Source of the DNA: Fimicolochytrium jonesii
Lineage: Eukaryota
Length of the DNA: 64,000 bases
Assembly (NCBI RefSeq): GCF_025526975.1
Contig: NW_026515686.1
Coordinates: 248,001 to 312,000 of the forward strand
Reading direction: 5' to 3'
Under the pieces are notes generated by a model that was given only the letters and a program-made list of their open reading frames with translations, searched no databases and was not told the origin of the DNA. The position numbers and the translations under genes were made by a program. Shown piece after piece: positions 36,855 to 48,966 of the stretch; position 1 is the first letter of the stretch, and every line of letters starts with the position of its first letter.

Positions 36855-37622
36855 TGTGCTTTGGTAAAAGTGCAACCCGGAATTGGAGGGAGTTGCGGCA
36901 CGTTCATGGCTCGGGTAGTAAGTCGCTGCCTCGCCATGGAATGAAAAGTCGTTTGAGCTGGCCTTGCCGCCCCTGGTTCAGCAAAGACGGGATTACACCT
37001 CTGTGAAAGTTGGTTGCTTACTTCGAATCACGTCGCTTCATCAACCGAATCCGGTTCGCGCTCTGTTCGCGAATCCAATTGAGGCTTGCTGGGCATATCC
37101 GTTTCACCGATAGTGCGACCTGGCGCCCGTGTTGCCATTGCCTTGGGCCCGTTCCTTGATTCAACACTGTGAGTCGACTCTCTATCGGGCTTTGGCGTAA
37201 AGTAGCCTGTTCCACGCGTTGTGCCTCTCTCCCACCCGCATTTGCGTTGGACTTGCCCTAGAATCATCCGGCGCGCGCAATCGTAGTTGATTCACAACCT
37301 CACCCTCGAGTGGGCAACGAAAGGCAGCTAGTCTAGTCCTAGCTATAGAAGTTATAATAAGGAGTCTTTGCCTTGTATGGAGGTGTCCGACCCTAAAATC
37401 GCACGCGCTGTCGATTTTCTGTCAATAAGCGGCGTCTGAGGACCAAGCATAGGGAGGCACCCTCGTCTGACAAACATGCAACGATACCAGACACTCTATT
37501 ATTTTCAAAGTAGAACGCTTGCGAAGCTTATGGTATGAGCTCAAAAATGACGGGAGAAAAAAGTTAGCACTGCTTTCCTTCCCCCTCGTCTACGCTCAGC
37601 AGAGCCATCTGACGCATAAGAC

Positions 37623-40600
37623 CTATGCAGTCGCCTGCATCTGAAGATTTGCCAATTGCGGAACCAGTTCTCTCTCCACATAACCATTCCCGTCGATCTC
37701 CAAGATAAGTCGCATAAAGCACGCGACTTCCCTCGTCGTCGAATGCCCTTGGTCTGCCAAAGCAGGCGACTCAATCCCACTCGAGGTGCTCCCATCTCTA
37801 TCCACCAACCCCCGCAACACCTTGATCAGCATGACGAACCGCAACCTGAACGCGGCGAGCATCGTTTCAATGTCAGGGTATCTGCTAGCTGGAGCTGGTC
37901 GGCCATCCGCGGCGTTCGCCTTCGCGTAGGTCGCGAGTTCATCGCTGACACCGCACGCTACTCGGGAGAACGTCAATGCGATCTGCAGCATTCCTTCGAC
38001 GAGGCTCATGATCGGCCGTTGCTGTGCTCGGAGGAGAAGGCGCCAGTGAAGCCGGTCGAGGGTGGCATGATGCAGTCGGTACATTTTCTCCAAATCCGCG
38101 GATGTGTTTACCAGCTCGTCCAAATCTGTCTGAAACTTCGCCCAAACCCCCCCAACACCAATCTCAAACGCATATCGTAACCACCCATGCACAAACGCCC
38201 TGGCTTCCCAAAACAGTTGCCGGGCGGCGCGCTCATTGCTAGTGTCCCAAACCGCGACCTTCTCTCCAGGTTGCTCCTCTAACCATGATTCGCGGCGCTG
38301 ACGTCTGTTTCGGCTCTCTTGGTATCGCAACCACCATTCAGACTCACATGACCGATCTAACGCTGCCCGAACGCGAGCCAAGGTGACGAGGAACGCGAAC
38401 GTCCGCTCATATTTCCGGAGGACGGAACCGGTCAGCATGGTGTTGTAGGGTGCTGGTGCTTGATACTCAAGTCGCAGGAATGATAACGCGTTTAGCTCTG
38501 CAAATCAAATCTTCAATCAAAGTTCCTATGCACTTCCTATTGCTCGACCGCGTAGTGAACTCACCTCCGGCGTCTCTTCCCTCCGGATTTCCATTAAACT
38601 CCAACCTGCCCTCCGCAAATTCAGCATTAACAACTCCATGAAGCGCACCAACCATCTCCCCATATCCGGGGGGCCACAATGCATTCCGCCGTCCATCAAC
38701 ATCAATCCCACCCCCCTCTTGAAACAAAGCCGTAGTCAATCGCACAAAGAATTGCCCATCTTCCAGCAGAAGGTATCGGCGCGCGACTTGCAGATGCGCG
38801 CGCACACCGGGGTACAACGCTTCCAGGGTGGCCCGCGAGATCAAGGAAGTGACAGCCGCAATGGTGTTGCAGATCGCCATGCTGCTGGACTGGAACGACC
38901 ATCTTTGCCCCCCGGGTTTCGAGAGTTGGCGTTCCAGGATCTCAAAGAAGGACGACGGTTCTGAGATGAGACTCATTAGCTCCTGGGGGACGGGGCCGGC
39001 TCTGCTCTTCCTCAGGGCTGCTTTCGTAGGCGCTGGTGGGGGATCTGCGGCAGCGTGCATCGGCGGGGTTGCTGTGCGCGCGCGGTCAAAACGCGAGTGA
39101 AGCTCCTTCACGACTTCATCCTTCCTGACGGGGTTCTGATCGTTCGCTGAGGGATCAGCCGGCGCAATCGACGTTAGTGACGCTGACGGCGACAACCTCA
39201 GGGTGGACGGTTCGCTCTCGCTCGTCTCTCGTACCACCAAGTCTGCTTCGACATCCTCGACCCTCTCAACGAGCGGTATCGATTTCGCCACATTCGCCGC
39301 TAACCCGTGACTCCCCGTGCCAGGCAGGAAAAACGGGGAGAACCCCGAATTATTCAGGAAACTCGTCAATGGTAGCATGTCCGCGAAGGATGGTAATGTT
39401 GAAGTGAATTGGGCGGTCGGATCCATCATGAAGGATGGGTTGGCAAATATTGCGGGGTGTGGTGGTTTCGACCCAGGGGCCGATTCACCTCCGGACGTCG
39501 GTATCTCGCCAGTAACCGCGCGAACCACCTCCGGGACCATACTGCCCACTTGTGTAGCAGTCCCTGTGTGGGGTCTTTCGTCCAGGTTCGGTTCGCGCGA
39601 TTCAATGTGAGAAACGCGATCTGCAAGAGTGTCATTGTGCACCGATGCATCAGCGTCGCCCGTTCCTTCGGCTATAATCGGGCGTCCAGTCAATGCTGTC
39701 TCATGCGTTTGAAAGCTTGTTTCAATCCTTTCATCCTCCGAGTCCTCGTCGCCCAGCTGGATGCTGGTTGCCGAGGAATGCCCCAAACTTATTTCGATGG
39801 AGGGTCCGTCCTCCGGCGATATTGCCGTGTCCACGATCACACCCTCAATTTCCTGACCATCATCCCGCTCCCCTCGGCCGCCATCTACGTTATCGAGTGT
39901 GACCCCATAATCCATCAGTCTCTCAGCCAACAAGACCTCCCGCCGCCTATGGTTCAGCGCCAATCTTTGCATCTTCCAATCCAGCACCATCTCCCTCTTC
40001 TCAAGCTCCCTCATTTTCCGCTCATGCTCCGCCACAAGTTCCCGTTTCACATCTTCGATCGTTTCTGCAGCCGCTTTCTCGTCTGCAGTGACGCGCGCTT
40101 CCATTTGCCGCTCTAACTGCTGAGCGTATTCACGGTCCCGCTGTTTAGCGGCCTCGTGTTGGAGAAGGAATGTCTCGATCTCGGATTTGACTTCTGATTT
40201 GCGCGCGGCGGCTTGTTGTCTCTTTTGGGCTAGCTCCGTTTCCCGGGTCTGAATGGCCTCCGCACGCTAACGATAGAAACTGATTTAATACTTTGACATA
40301 GGGAGAGGGCGCTTGGAAGCATCACAAACCTTCTTCATAGCATTGTCCCTACGCCGCACCGACTCGTCAGCGAGTACTCTCATTTCCTCCTCTTTCTTTG
40401 CAGCATAAACAGCGATCCGTTCACGCATAGTCTGCACAAACCATCTCGCCCCACCATCTTCCGACCCCTCATCCACATCCGACCGCCACCCCAACCTAAC
40501 CAGCGGCACATCACTTTCAGTCCTAAACCCCTTCCCCGTCCGTAACGCAACCAACGGATGATCCGGCTCATACTCCCTCAAGAGCCTCAAATACTTCCCC

Positions 40601-42841
40601 GCCTTAAGCACCTCATCCGCTAACCCCGCCGGCAAAAACGACGGCGGCATTGCAGTTTGGCTGCGTTGCCACTCAGCCTTCCAAAACCCCTCCCCATCAC
40701 CCGTCTCGACTTTCTTGTAGCAGATGAAGAACTCGCCGTGGGAATCCCATACGTCCGTCATGTGTTCCATGAACCCGGCCATTTCGTGGCGTTGGCGGGA
40801 AGGCTTGAACATCCCGAGCCATTGCTCGATCCAGGTGAGGTAGGGTTGGCTGGATTGGCGGAGGAGTTCGAAGAGGGTGAGGCGGAGGACCTCGTCGCGT
40901 CTGAAGGGGGATTTCCAGGTGGAGGAGTCCAGGAGGCTGGTGGCGTTGTAGATTCGGGTGAGGAGCTCGCTGCCTAGTGGCAATGAAGCTTCATCGTGGT
41001 TCGATCCAACCTCACTACGACAAATCGATGCAAGAACTTGCAAGTGATACAGTGGGCCTTCCAGGGCGCGATACATCGAAACAAAAGCCACCGTCTTCTT
41101 CGTGGCGCCCAAACTTTGTTTCATCGAGTTGAATGTCCCTCGCAGAAATGTAAGGTACGATGACAGCGCTCTCCCGAATGCCAGGCCAATTTGCCCGTAT
41201 AAGTGCAGATTCCCTTCTACCATCGCAACAATGCGATCAAGCCGAAAGACGAGGGTGCCGACGCGCATAAACCGCTGAAGGTATCTGTCGAAGCTCGGCT
41301 TGCCGATAGACAGGGGCCGAGCGTTTCCAATGTTCTGCGTCGTCAACACAAATGAGTCTGACGCTTCGTCGTAGGGGAAGAGCGCTGAGGGAAGGCCAAT
41401 AAGCAAATGAAAGGTGGCCTGGAGAAGGAAAGCTCGCTTGATTATCATCTGGTACTGAGATGAATCATATTGATGTGCGAAGTGATTTGCGTAGACGCCA
41501 CTGAAGATGCCGAAATCACATTCCGTCAGATACGGCGACCTTCCTTCGCTCCAAGCCAATGTGGCCTTTCCGGCTTGGTGGTGGGGGCCAAGACGCTCCC
41601 AGGATCTGAGAGGCATCTTCTCTTTGTCCGTATCATTCTTACAGACTGTCCACATGTCGTCTTTTCCCATGTCTTCTTGTGCAGCACGCAACCTCGGTCG
41701 GAGGTCCCTACACGGTTGCCGGAGCCCTGATCGTATAGGAGCAATCGACGCCGTGAGGAATCGATCAAACGATCTGTGGACGGAGCCCAGAGAGGGTAGA
41801 ATCAATCGAACATCCAGGCTGCGAGGATCGTCTGGCACGCCTACTGTTCTGGCCATCTGGTTAGGCACCGGACCGAGGGTCGTATCACCGGCGCACACGT
41901 ACCGGTTTGCGACAGAGCGCCAAATAAGGTTTTTGTTGAGAATACTTCCAACGTATGCCGTGCTCTGGAACCTTTCGTACGGAGAGGAGGGCCTGTGAAC
42001 AATGTTCAGTCAGCGACCTGTCCTTGCAAAATGGGAAATCCCATCGTTCTACCTTTCAGTAGATCAGGCTCCCGGAAGCCCGTCTCTAGCACAACAGGAA
42101 TTTCTTCAAACATGGTGTCGGGGTATATGACATGGAAGGAGTACTGAGCGCTCAAAGGAAACATGCTCTGAATTGTGTCATTGGCTCGCATGTCGGATCG
42201 GTGTGGTAGAACCCGCTCATTCCAGTGAGACGTCCCCCCGACCCGGCCCTCCAAGCGACCTGCGCTTTGTACATGGGCAGACAATGTGCGCTCTGTTGCT
42301 CTGAAAAGATGCGATCAAGTGGCGTTAAACGGTGAACTAAATCGATCTGGCGGTGATGGGAAACTTACTTGTTCCGGCGGGTGTCATGCTCAGCTCCCGT
42401 GCGGAGGTCCGCTACACTGAATAGCAACCATAGCATCGCCAGCATCTCCACGCTCAGGTTGCTCCCCTCATCAGCTGGCCGATCTTCCCACACATCTGGT
42501 CCCTCCGGTCCATTGAGGAATCCACAATCAAATCCCAGGCTCTCCAACAGTATCCGCAAAGCATTGCACTCATCAAACTTCCGCTCTTCGATCAGCAAAA
42601 GAAGTGTGGCAGCTATCTTCTCGTTCAACGTCTGCACCCACGTAGCTGACTTTGATTGAGCGTATGCGCCCCGGTCGATGTCCACGTCGAAGAACAGAGA
42701 TAGAAACGGTTTGACGCGACCACTGTCTATGTGCCTCTCCCATCCAGGCATGGTTTGCCTTGACGCTGGTTTGAGCATTGTTCCACATAGTGTGCGAAAG
42801 TCCTCGAGGAATAGCCTCGGTTTGGGACAGCATGTCGGCAT
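37623..42841 (-). CDS. Gamma-tubulin complex component, GCP6-like (Spc97/Spc98 family), multi-exon
   Basis: LLIGLPSALF, QPYLTWIEQWL, GKYLRLL, a long central coiled-coil/disordered insertion, RRYLLLEDGQF, ALSFLRLEY..LRKYERTFAFL. Confidence 0.85.
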
Positions 42842-43274
42842 AGTTTTGAGGAGAACGTTTTTGAATAGCTTCGCGGACACTGCTCGTGGGAAAATGGTCC
42901 TTGGCTCCTCGTCGCGGGGAATGAGAGGGACACCTCAAGCAAGAACACTTCTCCCGTCGGGAAGTCCGTCGTCAGAATTCTAGTCCGTGCCTGCACCGTT
43001 GTCTTTCTCGAGCTGCCGAGTTGAGCCACGGGTGCACTGGGACTTGTGGGAAAGGCGGTTGAGTGCAAGTCTGAGTGCAAGTCTTTTGATGAGTCCGAAT
43101 GACCGGACGACTCGGAGGGAACTCGACAGCGCGGCTCCAAGCGGCACAGGGGCGGCCAGCGGCTGCTGTCAGGCATCCTCACTTGTGACTTAACACACAC
43201 CCCTATGTCATCCATCAAAGGATTCATCGTCGTGTATGCTAGAACAACGGAGGCCCCTGATATGACCGAGTTGT

Positions 43275-43960
43275 TCATGTATTTCCGTTGAGTTCGGTCT
43301 TGTACGTCGAAAGACGAGCCTTTTCCTGGCCTCTAAAGTCTGAGTCAGAAACGTCTGCTATGAGAGGGTGGATGGCGGTATGGACCTTGCGCAGGATACG
43401 GCCCACCGCTTGTGTAACTGAACGTCGAGGAGTCGCTAGGAGAATGGCATTAAGCTCTGTCACTGTCAATTCCTTCCAACATGAGTCCATACGTTCCAAC
43501 AACGACGTCCTTTGATGTTTCAATCTTAAAGAGCTCACTATTCATTCCGGCGATCAATAAGCCGCAGGTTAGGTCTTTTACCAAAGTCCTCGACAGCATT
43601 TCCCAAAGGTGATTCGCCTGGGTGACACGACCGGTAAGAACGAGCAATCTTCTGGCTCGGCCAAGGTCCGCCGCGAGAATAGCTTTGACAATGGCAACAA
43701 CATATAGATTCCTCTCGTCACATTCGGCTAGGCGTGTTATGCAACGGCTGTATGCTTTTACGTCCAATTTCAACGAGTTCGAATCAAACCGATAAACATC
43801 GACTTGTGTGGTTTTCTGACCGCTCCTGTCCGGCTTTTCCTGATCCACGGTTTCTCCAAGATGCCAGTGCAGCAGCTTGGTCAATCCATCTTTTCGTTCT
43901 GGCGTTGCGCTGAGTCCCAGCATACTGTATACGGTCACCTCGCATAAAGCTGTGCACCGC
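43275..43960 (-). pseudogene. Truncated, frameshifted SF2 helicase of NCLDV A18-like type (putative endogenous viral relic)
   Basis: MLGLSATPERKDGLTKLLHWHLG, ERNLYVV, RRLLVLTGRVTQ, VVVGTYGLMLEGID, then after a frameshift LLATPRRSVTQAVGRILRK..PLIADVSD. No introns; Walker A/B absent. Confidence 0.75.
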
Positions 43961-44174
43961 GTGGCTGCAAGTCCATCCGGATCCCAGACGCAGCCGAATG
44001 ACGCGTCACTTTCTCCTCAGCCGTCGCGAATTTCTCACCATCTCAGCCGCCCACCATCTCAACCTGCACCCATTCCTTCGCCGGAGTTGGGCAACCTCCA
44101 CCTTGTATCCATTTCGCACCCACCTATAGTCACAGCAGTCACTAATCGTCGCAGTATAGCTGCTCCAAGTTGCA

Positions 44175-45663
44175 ATGGCAGACCCTTCAAGCTCAGGCGG
44201 CGCCCGCCAAGACTCTTCTTCCGGAAGTGCACTTCGCGCCGATAACAACGCTACGACCGGCGACAATGAGAATCCTCTGGAACCCAAAGCTCTTCTCCGC
44301 ACTCTCATAGAGGCTCTTCCTCAGACGGGAGGCAAATTCACCATGAAGTCGCCTGCTGACCTTACGGTCGCCCTGTTCCACGCCGCTATGTCGAGATATG
44401 GGTTTAGGTTTATTGGTGTTGGTGAGGAACGGAAAGGTAGGATGCGTGGGCGAAGGATCAACGGCAAGCACGGGAACAGGAGCGTTTGAGTTAATTCCGG
44501 ACTAACCGCTCAGAACCCTCTTCTCCAGACCATGCAGACTATCCCGACACGGACCAAGCTTCCGTAGTCGTCCGCAGCCTCCCCTCGGACTGGAACGCTA
44601 CGGGCGACATGTTCTCCTTCCGTTACAAGCACTCGCAATCATCTCTCACGTTCCTGCTGAAGTGCGTCAAAGTGGGCAAGAACAAATTGATTGTGCATGG
44701 GATGGGAATCGAGGATGAGAAGCTGCATACGATTGAGTTGGCTCCGGGGACGTTCATTTCGGAGGCGTTGGACTTTCCCTTTGAGATTCAGCTTGACGCA
44801 GAGGGTGGAAGCAGGGGCGGAGCAGTTAAGAAGGTTGAGAGTGCTTTCGCGTCGGAAGATCAGTTGTACGCCGTGCTGAGAGAGTTCAGGGTTGGGATCA
44901 TGCAAAAGTTGATCCCCGGGTTGAACAAGCCGGGCTATGAGCCTGACACGTCCAGGTAAGTTTCGCGAGCCATAGGGACAGCGAAAAGAAACGGGCTCGT
45001 TACCACATTTCATACCCAAACCAACACCACATTCCCCAGCTCCAGATCCACCGCGGCAAGCAGCTCCTCCCGCGACAACACACAGAACCGTCCACGCCCG
45101 CCCTACTTTTACCCAATCACCGGCGTCCCTTATCCCGAGGGCGAAGACGAGCACCGCACAGGCCCCCTCTACTCACCCTTCCGCAATCCGCATTCAGTCG
45201 GCGATGTCGACCTCGACCCTTTCGGTGCATTAGGCGGGCCCTTCCGTCCTCCCTTGTTCTCCGGAACAGGTGGCCCGGGTGGCTTCGGTGGCGGAGGAGG
45301 AGGAATGTTTGTGGGGCCAGATCATCCGATGTTTGGTGGGCGTGGGTTCCCGGAGTATGGGGGCGATGGCATGCTGCCACCGGGCGCGGCCCCGCCTGGA
45401 GCGCGGTATGATCCGATTATGCCGCCGGGGATTCCGGGACCTGGCAGACCGCAGTTTCCCTCGCGAGGGGGATTTGGCAGAGGGGGTGGGAGGGGTGGAT
45501 TTGGTGGAGCTGGATGGAGGTGAGCTTGGGACAAAGTTATTTCGACGTTTAGAGGAAACGTCGCTGGTGTATTGACTCTATCTTTCCCTCGTGTTCCAGA
45601 AGCGGTGACCCAGACAATGATGAACTCCCGCCGCCAGGTTTCGAGGACGACATGTTCATGTGA
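44175..45663 (+). CDS. PSMF1: PI31 proteasome inhibitor/regulator
   Basis: HAAM..GFRFIG, LPSDWN..FSFRYKHSQSS, VGDVDLDP, GGMFVGPDHPMF, PPGARYDPI, PDNDELPPPG..DMFM. Confidence 0.9.
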
Positions 45664-46076
45664 AGATCTTCATGCGACTTGCGCATCGTACAGGGCGTGC
45701 ATCGCGAGCGCCTTTCTGCATTACTAAAGCGGAAGACGTAGCGGCTCTCTGCTCTCGGGACCGTTCCTCCGAAACAAAACAACCTAAGTAGCTGTCAATC
45801 ATTATGTATACTTCTTTGCGCTAGGCTGTAATAGGAATAGTTGAAGACCGCACGGAGCCTATTACTATGGTAGTGAGCAGTGGTAAAAGCTCTTGGATTT
45901 GGGAATAGTTTACATGCTTGCTGTTTATGGCCCGTTTGTGCATGTACTGTACTGTACGTGAAGTCATATGCCAGCTGTGGTGACACACGCGTTGAAGAAC
46001 TTTGGTCCAAACTCGTTTCCTTTTGCGGTTTTCCATAAGCACGCGTAGTGCGGAAGCCCAATCCAAAACACCCTAC

Positions 46077-48537
46077 ATGTCCTCCACATCCCACGCCCCA
46101 CCAGCAGCACCCATACCGGCACCCAGCCACTCACACCACCGCCCATCCTCCTCCTCCTCCTCCTCCGCCACGACCCGCCGCCAACGCGCCCAAGCCCTCG
46201 CCCGGCAAGAACTGCAGCTTCTGGCCCGCCTCCGCCCGGACGCGCGCGTGGAGTTGGATGAGAGTTCGAGAGTGAGGGATGTGAAGGAGGTTAGGAGGTT
46301 GATACGGGCTGTTGTGGGCAGGAAGGATCGGGATGGGGAAGTGGATGTGAATGTGAAGGCGCGTGTGAGAGGAGGAGAGGAGGAACGGCGAGGGAGGGGG
46401 GACGAGACTGCCGCCGGGAACGACAAAGCGGGCATCAAAGATGAAGATGCGCATGGGGATACTCACTGTCCCTCAACGGCACCGACCCCGGACCCGACTG
46501 CAGCACTTTTAGAACCGGTCTCAGAGCCCCCGTCAGAACTACCAACGCCCCCTACACAAGCAACTCCAGCACCGTCCGCAACCCTCCCCTCTCAAACGAC
46601 CCGAAGCACACCGGACCTGATCCCGCCCGAGCTGCAGAAACGGGTGTCTCCGCCGAATGTACCGCCGTTGCTGTACCCGCCGAGCTCGCCGGAGACCCGG
46701 AATAAGGAGTTGCAGGTATGCATGCGTGACGACTGGATAGTATGGTGCTTTATAGATTGACGGACTGATGATGTGGTGATGGGATATGAAATAGGTGGAT
46801 CTTGATCGGGAGTATCCATCGCAGAGCGAAAAGCCGGCTCGGCCAGCGGTCACAAAAATCATGTATGGTGAGTTTGGCTTGTTTCAAATGCTATCGATTC
46901 GAGTGCTATGGCTGATCTCAGCCCAAGGGCATTCCCAGCACGGAATGAACGTCGCGGGCGGGATGGTGGTCGACCATTACCAGCGTTGCCCACTCGTGCG
47001 CGGCCTGTGAGCAAAGAGGCATGGATAGAACCTGAGCGGCAACTGAGGGCCAAGGCGCCCCGAGTGGCTAAACGCGTCAAAACCCCACCACCCTCCCAAC
47101 CCCCCCAATCAACTCAACGCGCGAAGCGCCCTCCACCACCCCACCACCAGCCACCGCCGTCCGGCTTTTACATCGCCAAACCCGGCAGCACGCTAATGGT
47201 CTCCAAAACCGGCCTAAAAATGCGCGACCGCAACGCTGATGTCGAGACGACGCGGTTGTTGCAGCAGAGGGATGAACGTCTCGTGCAGCTGCATGCGCGG
47301 ATGCTGTTGGATGTGGAGAGGGAGAGGGAGGAGGTTGAGTGGAAGAGGCGGAGGGCTGAGGGTGGGCGGAGGAGGGCTGCGAAGGTGTGTTTTGTGCTTT
47401 GTTGGTAATTACCGCTGTGGGCGGACATGGTCGGCTAACTCGGTTACATTGACACGCAGAAACAGCAAACTGGACAGCAGGACGCTAAAAGCAACCCAAA
47501 CCAACACCAAGATCTGCGCACACGCGCCATCAACCAAGACTGGGAACGTTTCCTTTCCAGCTTGAACAAACCTGTCAAGAAGAAACGGGCCGGACCACCA
47601 CCAGCCCCGGCATCGGGGCGGAGCGCGAACGCGTCGCTGATGCAGTCTATGAAAGCGATCGTTGCGGCGTTGAAGGCTGCGGAGAAGGAAAATGTTCCTG
47701 CGGAGGCGATTTTCGGCGTTGTTCAAGGGAGTGAATTTGAAGGGGGGATGAGGTCGAAACAGCATATATTTGAGCCGTGTAGGGGGCGAGCGGAAGCGTC
47801 GCCTGTGCCGGATACCATTCCCATCGGGGTACAAACAGAACCCGCGATTACAAACCCAGGGCAGGACGAGAGCAATGAAGCACAACCCCAAAGGGCACAA
47901 CCCCAGCAACACAGTACCGCAGTCGTAGCACCCAAACCCGCGGATCAAACGAAAGACCCCACTGCGGGTGCCGATACATCATCGTTGCGTCGCGTGCTTG
48001 AGCTGCTGCACAAAGTCGAAGCGGAAGGAAGTCGGCTTCTCAGGGGCCTTGCCGAGCATGATCCCCCACCAACATTTCCATTGGACACAGATGCATCCTC
48101 ACCGGCGGTCGACGCTGCAGCTTCCCAGCCTGTCCCGACGCAAACCCCGCCACCTTCCCAACCACCACCGCCACTGCTTCTCACCCTCCCACTAGCCACA
48201 CTCAAGCAGATTAAAACCGGTCAAGCGCGGTTCCTCGCATACCAGCGCGCCATCCTCGCCGGCGATCTCTTCGACCCCACCGCCGCGTCTGCTACTAGTG
48301 GGAAGCGAATGGGCCGGGATGTCGTTGATGGCCCCTTGGATCCGTGGGATGCGCTGGATAGGTAATGTACACAGATGCTATATTTGGATGATGCCAGCAT
48401 TAACACAGCATCTTTGCGATTTCAGTATTGCGGATGAGATCCTGGACGATGTGATTGGGGATAATGCGAATGAGTTTCATGGGTTGGCGGATGAGTTTGT
48501 GGATAGGTTGTTTGATGAGGAGTTTTTGCCTGCTTGA
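46077..48537 (+). CDS. Multi-exon Pro-rich protein with Moonraker/KIAA0753-like C-terminus
   Basis: Chain of plus-strand ORFs linked by GT-AG introns; C-terminus LTLP..LKQI..FLAYQR..LDPWDALDSIADEILDDVI..EF..LADEFVDRLFDEEFL. Confidence 0.65.
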
Positions 48538-48966
48538 ATGGATATGAATTAATGTGATGCCGAGAGAGGACATGTTGCGAGGAAGGAGGGAAGTTCTTGT
48601 GGGTTGTGTGCTGGTGAAGGCGTGCTGTATACATACTGTACATGGTGCGAACCTCGTTTTGGAGATTGGAACTCGTGGGATCTTGTCCATCCGACTCCGT
48701 CGAGCATTATTATCCGACTGGTCCGATTTGTCCGATTGACCTTCCCCGTCTGACTGCGCATTGCGCAGCGCGTTCGTCCCGCTCTCTCTCTCTGCCCCAA
48801 AAGGGTGGGTGCTCCTGAAGTGGAATCTTAGTGGATTCACCACACCGAAACAGCTCCCAAAACTGAGAATACTGGAGGTAAAGCCACATGTCCTAACAGT
48901 CTTCCGCACCGTCTACGCCTGCGTCGCGCGCAATTCTCAAGCTTTTAGTTTACGTAGATCGTCAAG

